In this document: one piece after another, positions 11,046 to 22,400 of the stretch
How the letters are laid out: the number at the start of each line of letters is the position of its first letter
Numbering within the stretch: the first letter of the stretch is position 1
Assembly: GCA_963422375.2 (NCBI GenBank)
Contig: OY729427.2
Coordinates: forward strand, 1,780,794-1,844,793
Direction: 5' to 3'
Origin: Bryobacterales bacterium
GTDB lineage: Bacteria; Acidobacteriota; Terriglobia; Bryobacterales; UBA6623
Length of the DNA stretch: 64,000 nucleotides
Notes under the pieces: model-generated
The model's input: the letters and a program-made list of their open reading frames with translations, nothing else
Databases searched by the model: none
What the model was told of the DNA's origin: nothing
Translations under genes and position numbers: made by a program

Positions 11046-12269
11046 CTAGGCCGCGACGGTCCGGCTGCTCTTCGTTGGCACCCACTTGCTCAGTGATCGT
11101 GCAAATTCGGGGATCCGGCTCGCGGGAATCGCGGTGATCCTGTCGTCCAGAGAGTACGCCTCCTCGCCGGGATATACGACCCACAGGTGTTCGAGGCTGA
11201 GGTCCCGAAGGGCCGCGCGCATCGACTTGGTGGTGCTAGGGGCGTCCGCGTACTTGCATTCGAAGCCGTGCCGGCGCCCCTCGACGTGAATCAGAAAGTC
11301 CAGCTCGGCTCCCGCGTGCGTTGCCCAGAAGTACGGCGCCGAGTCGAACGCTCCGGCCACCTGCTCGAGGACGAACCCCTTGAAGGACGCTCCCACCTTC
11401 GGGTGGCCGGCGAGGGCGTCGGGCCGGTCCACCGAGAGGAGCGTGTGGAGCAGCCCCGAATCGCACACGTACAGCTTCGGCGACTTGACCTGGCGCTTCC
11501 TGAGATTCTCGATCCAGGCCGGGAGAACCCGAACCATGTGCCCTCCGGCAAGGATTCCAAGGTACTTCCTCGCCAGCGCTTGGCTCGCGCCCATGGCGCG
11601 AGAGAATTCGGCCGCATTCCATGCCTTGCCATGCCAGTGGGCCACCATCGTCCAGAATCGGTAGAGTGGCTCCGACGGAGCAGAGACCCCCATCTGCGGC
11701 AGGTCGCGCTCGAGGAAATCCCGAACGAACCGTCGCCTCCACCGGACCGACGACCGATCACCGGGCGCGAGGAAGCTTCGCGGGAAGCAGCCTCGCTGCC
11801 AAAGAGTCCGCCAGGAGTCGGACCCGACCTCGGCGATGCTGAACCCGCCTAGGTTCTCCACGGCGGCATGCCCGGCTAGCGATTCCGAAACATCCAGCGC
11901 GAGAGTCGGCGACGCGGTTCCGAGCATCAGGAGCTTTGCTGGGTATCCCGGCCGGTCAAGCAGCGCCCGCAGCGGATCGCACAGCGATGGCCGGCGCTGG
12001 ATCCCGTCGATGACAACGAGTCCGCGCAAGCCCGCAAGCGCTTGGAGCGGCACCTCCAGCCTCCGTCGGTCCGCGGGATCTTCTAGGTCGAACCAAGCGC
12101 CAATGGAACTCTCGCGGGCGATGGCACGTGCCAGCGTCGTCTTGCCGCATTGCCGGGGCCCGAGGAGCGCCACAGCCGGGTGCAAGGCGAGCGCTTCGCG
12201 CAGGCGCGCTGCGGGATACGGCCGTGCTACCTGCATCGCCCTAGAATAATACTTGAAATTACGAAACAT
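11046..12269 (-). CDS. ATP-binding protein (AAA_14 + DUF4143)
   Basis: GPRQCGKTT Walker A, KSPKLYVCDSGL, ELDF..GFECK; Walker B reads DGIQ rather than DEIQ; true start may be MQVARP near 12236. Confidence 0.85.
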   Translation of the reverse strand: MFRNFKYYSRAMQVARPYPAARLREALALHPAVALLGPRQCGKTTLARAIARESSIGAWFDLEDPADRRRLEVPLQALAGLRGLVVIDGIQRRPSLCDPLRALLDRPGYPAKLLMLGTASPTLALDVSESLAGHAAVENLGGFSIAEVGSDSWRTLWQRGCFPRSFLAPGDRSSVRWRRRFVRDFLERDLPQMGVSAPSEPLYRFWTMVAHWHGKAWNAAEFSRAMGASQALARKYLGILAGGHMVRVLPAWIENLRKRQVKSPKLYVCDSGLLHTLLSVDRPDALAGHPKVGASFKGFVLEQVAGAFDSAPYFWATHAGAELDFLIHVEGRRHGFECKYADAPSTTKSMRAALRDLSLEHLWVVYPGEEAYSLDDRITAIPASRIPEFARSLSKWVPTKSSRTVAA

Positions 12270-12582
12270 GAGTACTGGTTTTCAAGGATTTTAGTCGATC
12301 AGCCCTTCTGATCGCCGTGACCTGCTCGGTCGCGCTGCCGCTCTTTCGCCGCGCCGGGCCGCTCCTGCACGGCGGTGTCCCGGGCGGCATCCGATCTGCC
12401 GAAGCGAGTCGGCGAGCGCTCGCGCCGTCCGGTTCGCGCGCCTCGCGAGCACGCCCTAGCACCGCCCGCGCTCGAGGTCGCCAGCTGCCTGCGCTCGACC
12501 CGAGGTGCCGGTGCCGGCAGGCGTCGGCCGGGCCGCGTCGGGTAGGATTCGCCGCTGCCACAGGCAGATGCACCGCCGGATC

Positions 12583-13110
12583 ATGAACTTGGCACTTACC
12601 TGCAATTAGGTCTGCGCGAACGGCTTGGTGCTGCTGCGGTCGAGCGTGAGCTGCCAGTCTGCTCGCGGCGGCGGCGGCCTGCTGGAGCGCCTGGAGTTCG
12701 AGATCTCCCGGGGCCAGTTCCAGGATCTCCGAGCCTAGTTCCGCAAGTTCCCGCGGCCGCTGCGTCAGTGCGCGATCCCGCGCAAGCACTTCGTGCAGGT
12801 CGCCTGCTCCGCGCTCGGCATCCCCGCGCCAACGGTCACGCCTGGCGACGCCAACGACGACTGGGCCGCGTTCGCGAGTCGATTCGAGTCCCTCGGGGAG
12901 ACCTGCAGCTGGGAGGTGGGCGGCAACGCCTGCGCCCTGCTAAACGCGGTCACCGCGATCGCCTCACGGTCCCAGGAGGCCGGCCTGCACTCCGGGGAGC
13001 GCCACTCTCTCGAGCGGAGGGTCGGTGCCTGGCTAGTCGAGTTCAGCCCAGAGTGTCGCCGGGAGGCGTTCGACACCGCCCGCTACGCGGCCCACTGCCG
13101 CGTCCGGTCA
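12583..13110 (+). pseudogene. Possible DUF932-like remnant
   Basis: One frame reads ..*VCANGLV..*..GNACALLNAVT..RHSLERRVGAWL with two in-frame TAG stops. Confidence 0.35.
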
Positions 13111-13179
13111 GGCGCTTGCCCGCCTGACCGAGCGCATCGCGGCCGAGGAGACGCCGGGGATGCTGGCCTACGCGGCCGG

Positions 13180-13971
13180 CTAGAACCGCATCGCGGTGAA
13201 GCCGCCGTCGACGAAGATCTCCGCCCCGGTGACGAAGCTCCCGGCCCTTCGCGCGACCAGCAGCAGCGCGGCGCCGACCAGCTCGGGCGGCTCCCCGAAG
13301 CGGGCCATGGGCGTTTGCTCCATGATCTTGCGGACCCGCTCGGGCTGGAGGATCTTGCGGTTCTGCTCCGCCGGGAAGAATCCGGGGTTCAGGGAGTTCA
13401 CGCGCACGCCGCGCTGCGCGTACTCCCGCGCTAGGTTCTTGGTCAGGTTGTTGACGGCGGCCTTCGAAGCCGCGTAGGCGAATACCCGCGACAGCGGGAG
13501 ATGGGCGGTGACGCTGCCGACGTTGAGGATGGCGCCGCCGCCCTCCTGCCCGGCCATCGCCGGAGCGAAGGCCTGGCACCCGAGGTGCGTGGCCGTCAGG
13601 TTCGTATCGAGCACCAGCTGCCAGTCCTCGTCGGTGATCCGTTCGTATGGCACGGCCGAGTTCACCCCGGCGCAGTTGACTAGGATGTCGGCGCGGCCAT
13701 GTCGCTCGAGGACGGAGTCGCGAAGGGCCTCGAACGACACCCTCGACGTAACGTCGACCGGAGCGAACTCGGCGGACCCGCCCGCCTGGCGGATCGCCTC
13801 GGCGCGCCTCTCGCCGCGCTCCCGGGAGCGTCCGGCGACGACCACGCGCGCTCCCGCCGCCGCCAGGCCTTCGCCCAGCGCGCCGCCCAGCACGCCCGTT
13901 CCGCCGGTCACGACCGCCACGTCCGAGTCGAGACCGAACAGCCGGTGAAGGAATTCCGCCGACGCCTGCAT
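13180..13971 (-). CDS. SDR family oxidoreductase
   Basis: TGGTGVLG, LVNCAG, YAASK, VNSLNPG, IFVDGG. Confidence 0.93.
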   Translation of the reverse strand: MQASAEFLHRLFGLDSDVAVVTGGTGVLGGALGEGLAAAGARVVVAGRSRERGERRAEAIRQAGGSAEFAPVDVTSRVSFEALRDSVLERHGRADILVNCAGVNSAVPYERITDEDWQLVLDTNLTATHLGCQAFAPAMAGQEGGGAILNVGSVTAHLPLSRVFAYAASKAAVNNLTKNLAREYAQRGVRVNSLNPGFFPAEQNRKILQPERVRKIMEQTPMARFGEPPELVGAALLLVARRAGSFVTGAEIFVDGGFTAMRF

Positions 13972-13986
13972 ACTATCGTTACGATG

Positions 13987-14376
13987 TCACGTCCGCAGCG
14001 GCGAGCGCAATCCGGTCCACGGGCCGGACTGGACGATTCCGGGGTAGGTGTCCACGGGCCGGCCGGCTTCGATGTCGGCCAGCAGCAGGCTGGCGTCCCG
14101 CTCGATCGCTCCTGTGCGCACCCCGTCCCATTCGGGCAGGTAGCCCTGGATCTTCCGCAGGCCCTTGAGCAGCTGTCGCGTCGCGCCGTTGCGATTGCCC
14201 TGCCGATGGTGGTAGAAGCCGACCGCGAAGTGGATCAGGGCCTGCAGGAACCAACGGTCCGGAGGCTGCGAATGGGTCCAGATCTCTTCCAGAACCTCGT
14301 GGCACTCGAAGTAGTCGCCCGCGTTGAACAGGTCGATGCCTCGCCGGAACAAGGCCTTGGTTTCGACGGGAGACAC
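13987..14376 (-). CDS. DUF309 domain protein
   Basis: GIDLFNAGDYFECHEVLEEIW..LQALIHFAVGFYH..GN. Confidence 0.88.
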   Translation of the reverse strand: MSPVETKALFRRGIDLFNAGDYFECHEVLEEIWTHSQPPDRWFLQALIHFAVGFYHHRQGNRNGATRQLLKGLRKIQGYLPEWDGVRTGAIERDASLLLADIEAGRPVDTYPGIVQSGPWTGLRSPLRT

Positions 14377-14427
14377 TAAGCAATCCTACAGCCTAGGCGG
14401 GACCGGTCGCTAAACTCAGATGAGGCC

Positions 14428-16914
14428 ATGCCCTTCCGACTGCCAGTCTGCGCGCTGCTGCTCGCCGGCCTCCTGCGAGCGCAGCCCACCCCCTTGAGCG
14501 GCGCGGCCGAACTCCACGAGCTGCTTGACCGCCTGAACACGGTAGGGACCGTCCTGATGCTCGGTGCCCACCCGGACGACGAGAACACGGCCGTTCTCGC
14601 CTATTTCGCGCGGGGCCTGCACCTGCGGACCGTGTACCTGTCGGCCACCCGGGGCGAGGGCGGCCAGAACCGCATCGGCACAGAGCAGGGCGAGCTGATG
14701 GGGGTCATCCGGACGCACGAGCTGCTCGAGGCCCGGCGGATCGACGGCGGGGAGCAGGCGTTCGCCAGCGCCGTGGATTTCGGCTACACCAAGACGCCCG
14801 AGGAGGCCTTCGCTGTCTGGGGAGAGGAGCGGCTCCTGCGCGATATGGTGCGCGTAATTCGCGAGGTCCGTCCCGACGTCATCGTGTCGCGGTTTCCGCC
14901 GCGGCCCGGCAGCGGGGGGCACGGCCAGCACACCGCCGTGGGCTGGACCGGTCCGTCGGCGTTCGAGGCTGCGGCGGACCCGGAATTCTTCCCGGACCTC
15001 GGCTTGGCGCCGTGGCGGGCGCGCCGCTACTACTACAACCTGCCGACCTTCAGCCCCCGCATGGAAGCCGAGGCCGCGCGCCGCCCGGGCCTGCTCCGCG
15101 TTGACACGGGGAGATTCGATCCCGTGCTGGGCAAGTCGTATGCCGAGATCGCGGGTGAGAGCCGCAGCATGCACCGCAGCCAAGCGATGGGCGCCCCCCA
15201 GCGAAAGGGCGCCGTGCCGGCGTTCTTCGAGCACGTGGCTGGGGAGAGTGCGGGCAGCGATCTGTTCGGCGGCATTGACACGAGCTGGGGCCGCATCGAG
15301 GGCGGCGTCGCGGTCGGAAGATGGCTCGCCGCGGCGCGGGAGAGCTACGATGCGCGGCGGCCGCGCGAGGCGCTGCCGCATCTTCTCCGCGCTCACGAGG
15401 AGCTCGCGTCCTTGACCGGGCCCGAGGCCGCGTACAAGCGCGGCCAGCTTGTCCGGGCCATCGAGCTGGCGTCCGGTCTCTGGCTCGACGCGGCGGCGGA
15501 CGCTTGGCACGCGGTTCCGGGGGGCGAGATTCGCGTGACGGCGCGCGCCCTGCGACGCTCGGACCGGCCGTGGATCTGGCGTGCCACGCGGCTCGAGGGC
15601 GTCGCGGCGGCTTCGTTCGGCGAGGCATTGGAGCTGGAACCGAACCGGGTGGCGGAGCGGTCGGCTCGGCTGGGCGTGCCCGAGGACGCCTGCTACTCGC
15701 AGCCTCACTGGCTGCGCGCGGCCCGCGAAGCGGAGCGCTGCCACGGCGGCGGGAGTTCTCCGGGACCCGAGCCGCCGCTGCGAGCCGTCTTTGAATTCAG
15801 CTCGCCTGACGGCGCGGCAATCGAGTTCGTCAAGCCGGTGCTCTACCGCTGGGTCGACCCGTCCGTTGGCGAGCGTTCGAGGCCGCTGGCGGTGGTTCCT
15901 CCCGTCGCGGTCTCGTTCGCGCGCGAAAGCCGGATCTTCGCCGACTCCGTGCCGGCCGAGGTTCCGGTGCGCCTCCTGTCGAACACGGGCAAGGCCGCCG
16001 CCACCGTGCGGCTGAGCGCTCCGGACGGCTGGGAGGTGCGCCCCGCCGCCCGCGAGGTGACCTTCGACCGGCCCGGCCAGGAGCGGACCGCGGTCTTCGA
16101 GCTGATTCCCCCGCCGCGCCCGTCCGGCGGTGATCTCGCGGCCGTGGTTCTCGTGGACGGTCGCCTGCTGCGCTCCGGCATGCGGGTCATCGAGTACGGC
16201 CACATTCCTCAGACGCCCGTCTTCCCCGAGGCCTCGATGCGGGTCGAGCGGCTCGACGTGAAGCTTCCGGCCAGAGAGATCGGCTACGTGATGGGCGCGG
16301 GCGACAAGGTGCCCGACGCCTTGGAGCAGCTGGGAGCGACGGTCACGCTGCTCTCCGCCGAGGATCTCGCGGTGGGCGATCTGGGACGCTTCGACGCCGT
16401 GGTGACGGGTGTCCGCGCCCTCAACGCGCGGCCCGACTTGCTGGCGGCCCGCGAGCGGGTGCTCGAGTACGTCGAGAAGGGCGGCACGCTGGTCGTGCAA
16501 TACAACACGGCTTCGTTCAGGCGGCGCGGCGCGGCGGGCGCTTCCGCCGTTCTGGGACCGTTTCCCATGACGGTTTCCCGCCTCAGGGTGACTGACGAGC
16601 GCGCGGCGGTGCGCTTTCCGGACCGCGGCCACCCCTTGCTGCAATTCCCCAACAAAATCACCGCGGCGGACTTCGACGGGTGGGTGCAGGAGCGGGGACT
16701 CTACTTCATGTCGGAGTGGGACGAGCGCTATGACGCCGTGATCGCCTGCAGCGATCCCGGCGAGGAGTCCCTGCGCGGCGGGATGCTCTACGCCCGTTAC
16801 GGCAAGGGGGCGTACGTGTTCACCGGCTACTCGTGGTTCCGCCAGCTCCCGGCCGGCGTGCCCGGGGCGTACCGGGCGTTCGCCAACCTTATCAGCGCGG
16901 GGCAGGCTCGCTGA
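14428..16914 (+). CDS. PIG-L/LmbE family deacetylase, secreted multidomain protein
   Basis: Signal peptide, AHPDDE, TRGEGGQN, GHGQH, C-terminal GATase-like region ending FRQLPAGVPGAYR. Confidence 0.92.
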   Translation: MPFRLPVCALLLAGLLRAQPTPLSGAAELHELLDRLNTVGTVLMLGAHPDDENTAVLAYFARGLHLRTVYLSATRGEGGQNRIGTEQGELMGVIRTHELLEARRIDGGEQAFASAVDFGYTKTPEEAFAVWGEERLLRDMVRVIREVRPDVIVSRFPPRPGSGGHGQHTAVGWTGPSAFEAAADPEFFPDLGLAPWRARRYYYNLPTFSPRMEAEAARRPGLLRVDTGRFDPVLGKSYAEIAGESRSMHRSQAMGAPQRKGAVPAFFEHVAGESAGSDLFGGIDTSWGRIEGGVAVGRWLAAARESYDARRPREALPHLLRAHEELASLTGPEAAYKRGQLVRAIELASGLWLDAAADAWHAVPGGEIRVTARALRRSDRPWIWRATRLEGVAAASFGEALELEPNRVAERSARLGVPEDACYSQPHWLRAAREAERCHGGGSSPGPEPPLRAVFEFSSPDGAAIEFVKPVLYRWVDPSVGERSRPLAVVPPVAVSFARESRIFADSVPAEVPVRLLSNTGKAAATVRLSAPDGWEVRPAAREVTFDRPGQERTAVFELIPPPRPSGGDLAAVVLVDGRLLRSGMRVIEYGHIPQTPVFPEASMRVERLDVKLPAREIGYVMGAGDKVPDALEQLGATVTLLSAEDLAVGDLGRFDAVVTGVRALNARPDLLAARERVLEYVEKGGTLVVQYNTASFRRRGAAGASAVLGPFPMTVSRLRVTDERAAVRFPDRGHPLLQFPNKITAADFDGWVQERGLYFMSEWDERYDAVIACSDPGEESLRGGMLYARYGKGAYVFTGYSWFRQLPAGVPGAYRAFANLISAGQAR

Positions 16915-16956
16915 GGCCGGGCCCCGCGGCCGCTTCCGGACGGCGGCGGAAACGGT

Positions 16957-17661
16957 TCAGCCGGCCAGGAGGCAGTCCGCCAGCGCTTCGAAGTCGCGCA
17001 CCTCAATGTCGGGCAGCAGGCTCGAATCCTCGTAGGGCAGGCTGTAGCGGTTGACGTAGGCCCCGCGGTAGCCGCAGGCGCGGGCGCCGAGGATATCGAA
17101 GGCGTGTGCTGCCACCATCAGAATCTGCCCCGGCTCGCGTTCGAGCTCCAGGCAGGCCATGCGGTAGACCGACGGGTGCGGCTTGAACCGTCCGACCCGG
17201 TCGACCGACAGGCAGGAATGGAACGGGGCCTCCAGGCGGTCCTCCACCAAGTGCTGCAGCAGGTCGGTGTCGCCGTTGGACAGAGCCACTAGGTCGTACC
17301 GCTTGGCGAGACGGAGCAGCCCCCGCTGGGCGTCGTCGAAGGCCTCCAGCCGGCGGAAGTTCTGGAGCAGATCCAGGACGTCGACGTTCTCGTGGGCGAT
17401 GCCGCGTCGCCGCAGCGTGTACGAGAGGGCCCTGCGGGCGGAATCCAGGTAGCCTCGGTGCCCGAGGGCGAGAATCGTGTCCTGGTGCTGCTCAAGACGC
17501 TGCCTCGACCGCCAGTCCGCCCACAGCTCGGCCGGCTCAGCCCGGGATCCGGCAGAGGCGACGAACTCGCGAAGTGCCGGCACAATGGTCCCGGACAGGT
17601 TGAGAACCGTGCCGAAGATGTCGAATGCCAGCGTGCGTACGTCGGAAAGCGCCGGTTCCAT
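16957..17661 (-). CDS. Haloacid dehalogenase type II
   Basis: FDIFGTV, ALSNGD, FKPHPSVY, MVAAHAFDILGA; ATG at 17661. Confidence 0.9.
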   Translation of the reverse strand: MEPALSDVRTLAFDIFGTVLNLSGTIVPALREFVASAGSRAEPAELWADWRSRQRLEQHQDTILALGHRGYLDSARRALSYTLRRRGIAHENVDVLDLLQNFRRLEAFDDAQRGLLRLAKRYDLVALSNGDTDLLQHLVEDRLEAPFHSCLSVDRVGRFKPHPSVYRMACLELEREPGQILMVAAHAFDILGARACGYRGAYVNRYSLPYEDSSLLPDIEVRDFEALADCLLAG

Positions 17662-17699
17662 TGAGCCGATGGTAGCGAACGGCGGGGTGCCGTTCGCGC

Positions 17700-18647
17700 T
17701 TACTCGCTGGCGCCCTGAGACGGCTTGCGGAACGACTCGCCCGAAGGCGGCGTGTCGCCCCCGGCGACGGTCGGCAGGTGCTCCAGCTTGCGGCGGGCGA
17801 TTTTCGCCCAAGGGCTCGACGCGTCGAGCTTGAGGAACAGCCGCCAGTGCTTGGCCGCGCGGAGGACCTGCCCGCGGCGCTCGTAGACCACGGCTAGATT
17901 GAAATGGGCGTCGGCGTAGTCGCACTGGCAGACCAGCGCGCTCTCGTAGTGTTCCGCGGCCTCGGCGAGCCGGTTCGTCTCCTCGCAGACGTTGCCTAGG
18001 TTGAAGTGGGCGAGGGCGTACTCGGGGAAGATGGCCAGGGCCTCCTTGTAGCTGCTCTCGGCGTCGTGCAGGCGGCCCTCGCGATGGTGCAGCGTCCCGA
18101 CATTGACCCATGCCCCGGCAGCGCGCGGGTTGAGAGCCAGAATCTTCCGGTAGACGTCGATAATCTCGCTTGGCCGCTCGCCGGATCGCTCGAGGTCCAA
18201 GGCGTACTGGAACAAGCTCGCCTCGCCGCGGCCCGGCATGCCGTTGTCCTTGGTCCCGCGATCCTGCTCGAGAGTGGTGACGGCTCGCGCGCTCCCGGAC
18301 CTGAAGTCGAATAGCATCTGGCCGGTAAGCGCCTCTATCCGTTCGCCCGGCAGCTCGACCGCGATGCGACGGCCGTCGGAGACGATCTTGAGCTCGTCCA
18401 AGGGGCGGTCTATGTGGTCGAAGCGAGTCCTGAGCTGCCGGATGGCCTCGGCGATCTCCTTCGGGGGGATCTGGTGGCTCCGGAGGTTCTGCAGGGTCTT
18501 GAGAGACACTAGATCCGTAAAGCTGTATCCCTCCTGCGCCGCGGTCAGGCCTGCCCGCTCCCAGGAGCGCAGGCTGTTTTCCTTGATGCCCAGGATCCGA
18601 CGGATCTCGGACCTTGTGTAGGTATCGGAAGTCTTTTCAGACTCCAC
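17700..18647 (-). CDS. MerR-like HTH + tetratricopeptide repeat protein
   Basis: YTRSEIRRILG..LRSWERAGL..YSFTDL, then TPR motifs AWVNVG / AHFNLG / ADAHFNLA; GTG start inferred. Confidence 0.82.
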   Translation of the reverse strand: MESEKTSDTYTRSEIRRILGIKENSLRSWERAGLTAAQEGYSFTDLVSLKTLQNLRSHQIPPKEIAEAIRQLRTRFDHIDRPLDELKIVSDGRRIAVELPGERIEALTGQMLFDFRSGSARAVTTLEQDRGTKDNGMPGRGEASLFQYALDLERSGERPSEIIDVYRKILALNPRAAGAWVNVGTLHHREGRLHDAESSYKEALAIFPEYALAHFNLGNVCEETNRLAEAAEHYESALVCQCDYADAHFNLAVVYERRGQVLRAAKHWRLFLKLDASSPWAKIARRKLEHLPTVAGGDTPPSGESFRKPSQGASE

Positions 18648-18721
18648 GTAGCGAGTATAGCGCGGGCTGGGGCCGAGCTTGTCCCTCGCCGAGCGCGGGG
18701 AATCGCGACGATACTGGCCGC

Positions 18722-19336
18722 CTAGCCCCGTTTCGGGCCGCCTGCCCTCGCGGCGATGGCCCCGCCCGCTCCGGCCGTCAGGACCAGCAGCAGGGCTTCG
18801 AAGGCCATGCTGAACGCCATCATCATCGCGAATACCGCGGGATCTTCCAGCAGGCGCTGGACTTCCGATCCGAGGCCGAGGCTCTCGACTTGGTCTCGCA
18901 TCGGTCCGAGGATCGCTTCGCGGCCCTGCGTCGCGAGAACCGAGACCAGCAGCAAGAACGAGGGCACGAAGCAGGCCAGGCCGGTCAGGGCGCCGATGCC
19001 GAATCCCTGCCACCCGCCTTGCGCGACGGGGTGGCGCTTCTCGAACCGCCGCACGGCCAGGAAGCCGGCTCCGCCCGGGACCAGGTAGCCAAGCCACGCG
19101 AAGAGAGCGCCGCCGCCCAGGATGGCGAGACGCACGCAGACGGCGCCCAGCGCCGGCAGGAACGCGGCCCGGACATACGCGTCCATGCCGGGCGGCAGCT
19201 GCGCGCTCGGCTCGTCGCGAGCCTCGAAGGCCCGCTCGAAGGGCTCGCCGATCCCCGCGTGCAGGGGCCGCCCGCAGCGGGGGCAGAACGACGCCCCGTC
19301 CGGCAGGGGGCTGCCGCAAGTGCAGTGAGCGACCAT
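18722..19336 (-). CDS. Zinc-ribbon domain membrane protein
   Basis: CTCGSPLPDGASFCPRCG followed by about four hydrophobic helices. Confidence 0.78.
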   Translation of the reverse strand: MVAHCTCGSPLPDGASFCPRCGRPLHAGIGEPFERAFEARDEPSAQLPPGMDAYVRAAFLPALGAVCVRLAILGGGALFAWLGYLVPGGAGFLAVRRFEKRHPVAQGGWQGFGIGALTGLACFVPSFLLLVSVLATQGREAILGPMRDQVESLGLGSEVQRLLEDPAVFAMMMAFSMAFEALLLVLTAGAGGAIAARAGGPKRG

Positions 19337-19440
19337 CCGACCGGGACTCGAGGCAGGCGGCGGGCCTCGATCCCTACAAAGATTGTATTCCCGGGCCGCT
19401 CCCTGCCGGGGACGGCGCGCCGGCGCGCCCTGTTGGCAGC

Positions 19441-22400
19441 CTACGTTTCGACCGTGCGCACGATCCTGAGGATGTGCGCGCCGTACCTGCCGGCGACCGA
19501 CGGACCCACCCCGGGCGCGGACAGCAGTTGCCGCTGGTCTCGCGGCTTGGAATCGGCGATCCAGTCGAGAGAGCGGTTGTGCAGGATGACGTACGGCGGT
19601 TTCTTGGTCCTGGTCGCCTCCTCCTTGCGCCAGGCGCGCAGGGCGGAGCGTATCAGCTCGCTCGCCGCGTCCGGGGCGGGCACGTTGTCCAGCCCGAGCC
19701 GCGAGGCGGGGGCCGGCCCGTCGGGCCGGGCGCGTCGGCGCGAGGTCGAGCTCTTCCGGCCGGCGCGCTGCTTCGCGGGGCCGGCTAGGCCGGCCCCCTC
19801 GGCCGGGAGCCGCACTTCGCTCCCCGGGCGCGAGGCGCTCCTCCCGGAATCGGTCAGGCACAGCCTGCGGAACTCGATGCGCTCCTGCTCCTTGTTGACG
19901 AACGAGTCGTTCTCCACCCGCGCCAGCCCGGCGGCCGCGATGGCGTCGACCAGTCTCTCGTAGGCCCTGCGCTCCATCCGGCGCGTTTCCGCGTGCTCGC
20001 GGAACAGCTTCCCCACGGACTGCCCGTCCCGCAGCCGCAGCGATCCGAGCACCTCGCCCACGACCTGCGCTTCGATGGCCGTGGGTTCCCGGAACGTCTT
20101 GAGCGCGCAGGACGACGGCTGGCAATTGTCGCACCGCCCGCACGGTTTGAGGGAGTCCTCGAGGTCGCCGAAGTGGCGCACGAGGTCGAGCATGCGGCAG
20201 TCCTGGGAGCGGGTGAATTCCCAGACCTGGTTCGTCTGGGCGATCTTGTGATCGCGCTGGCGGACGTAGCTGTCCAGCCAGCGGTCTTCCCCGCGGGTGG
20301 CGTTCTCGTCCGCGTCGATGCGGATGCCGCCGTGGATCCACATCTTCTCGACCGCTTTCTCCAGTTTCTGGAAATCGCCGCCGAACAGCCCGAGGAGGTC
20401 CGCCACGGGGCGCGCTTCGGCCGAGAGCTGGCCGAAGAGCGTCTCCAGCGCGCTGGGCTCGGGATAGTCGCGCTCCAGGAAGAACTCGTGCGTCTTGCGG
20501 TCGATCCAGGAGTAGAGCAGGACCGCCTTCGACGGCTTGCCGTCGCGCCCGGCGCGCCCGATCTCCTGGTAGTACCCCTCGATCGACCCCGGCAGGCCCG
20601 TGTGAACGACCGTGCGCACGTCGGCCTTGTCGATGCCCATGCCGAAGGCGATCGTGGCGACGATGATGTCGATCTCGCCCTGCAGGAACGATGCCTGGAC
20701 GCGGTCGCGATCCTCGGCGGGCATTCCGGCGTGGTAGGCGGCGACCTTGTGGCTCGCCGCGAGTGCTTGCGCCTGCTCCTCGGACGCCTTGCGAGTCGGG
20801 GCGTAGACGATCGCCGGTCGCCGGCCCTCGTCCTCGAGCAACCGCACGAGGGCGGGCGGCCGCAGCTTCGGCACGAGCTCCACCAGTTCGATCTGGAGGT
20901 TCTCCCGCCGGAAGCCGTGGATCAGGCGCCGGCAGTCCGCGAGGCCTAGCTGCTCCGCGATGTCGTCTTGGACGCCCGGCGTGGCCGTCGCCGTCAGGGC
21001 GATGACCGGCGCGGGACGCAGCGCCGGCACGCGGTCGCGCAGCCGCCGGTATTCCGGCCGGAAGTCGTGCCCCCACATCGAGATGCAGTGGGCTTCGTCG
21101 ATCGCCACTAGTCCGGGAGCCCGGCGCGCCAGCAGCTCCGGAAAGCCCGGCACCGCCAGGCGCTCCGGGGCGATGTGCAGGAAGTCGAGCTCCCCGGCTA
21201 GGTAGTCCTGGCAGACGCGCCGGGACTCGAGCCGGTCGCGGCCGGAGTGGATGCGCTCGGCGCGGAAGCCCTGCTGCCGCAGCTTCTCGGTCTGGTCCTC
21301 CATCAGGGCGATCAGCGGGCTGATCACCAGTGTCGTCCCGCCTCGCGCGACGCCGGGGAGCTGGTAGCAGAGGGACTTCCCGGCTCCGGTCGGCATGACG
21401 AGCAGCACGTCCTCGCCCGCGAGGACCTGCCGGCAGGCATCCTCTTGGTGCGGCCGGAACGCGTCGTGGCCGAAGCGCTCCCTCAGCAGGGTTCGCATCC
21501 GCCCGGGGGAGGTCGGCGCAGCGCTCGGCCCCGACGCGGACAGGCGCGCGGCGTGCGGCCCGTCCGAACCGCCCGACGGCTCGCGGTCGCGGGCCTGTCC
21601 GCGGCCCCCCTGCCCCTCGGAGGCGGCTGGCGCTGTCCGGCCGTTCGGCCCGGGCTGCTGCGGCCTTCCGAGAGGGCCGGCCGCGCGGTCGGTGCGCTGG
21701 GAAGCCGCCGCGGGAGCCGCGTGTTCGGCACTGGGCCCTCGCGCCGCGGCGGGCGGCTCGTCGCCGCCGAACGGCGCGTCCGGCGCCCCTGGGTCCGGCC
21801 GCGCCCGAGCCGGCGCGGAGCCGTTCGCGCCGACGACCTCGCGCACGAACTCCTCGATGCCTCGCATGAACGCGTCGAAGCCCCCGTCGCCCCGCTCGAT
21901 CTCGCGGAGCTGCGACTCCCACTCTCCCGTCATCGCAGGGCTGCGGACCTTCGGGTGGACGATCTCCAGCAGGCGGATGCCCTTGTCCGTGGCGCTCAGC
22001 TGCTTCTTGTCGCGACGGGCGTACTCGCGCTTGAGCAGCGTCTCGATGATCGACGCGCGGGTGGCCGGGGTCCCGATCCCGCGCTCCTTCATCGCCTCCG
22101 AGAGCTGCTTGCTGTCGAGCGTCTTGCCCGCCGATTCCATGGCGGTCAGCAGGGTCGCCTCGGTGAACCGCGCGGGCGGCCGCGTCCGCTTCTTCAGCGC
22201 CTCGGCCTTGGCCACCTTGACGCGCTGCCCCTCTCCCAGCCCGCCCGGCAGCTGGGGCTCTTCGCGGCGCTTGCCCGCCGTCTTGATGTCGAGCACCTTC
22301 CAGCCTTCCTCGTCCACGGCCGTGCCGGCGGACAGGTACTGGTCGGCGTCCGCCTTGCACGCGATCCGGGTGATCACCGTGGTCGCGGAGTACTTGTGGT

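Noticed and set aside
7332..12740. Amber recoding suggested by in-frame TAGs in the DUF4160 and DUF932-like remnants
   Set aside because: Many intact genes here end in TAG and these loci are otherwise decayed; pseudogenisation is simpler
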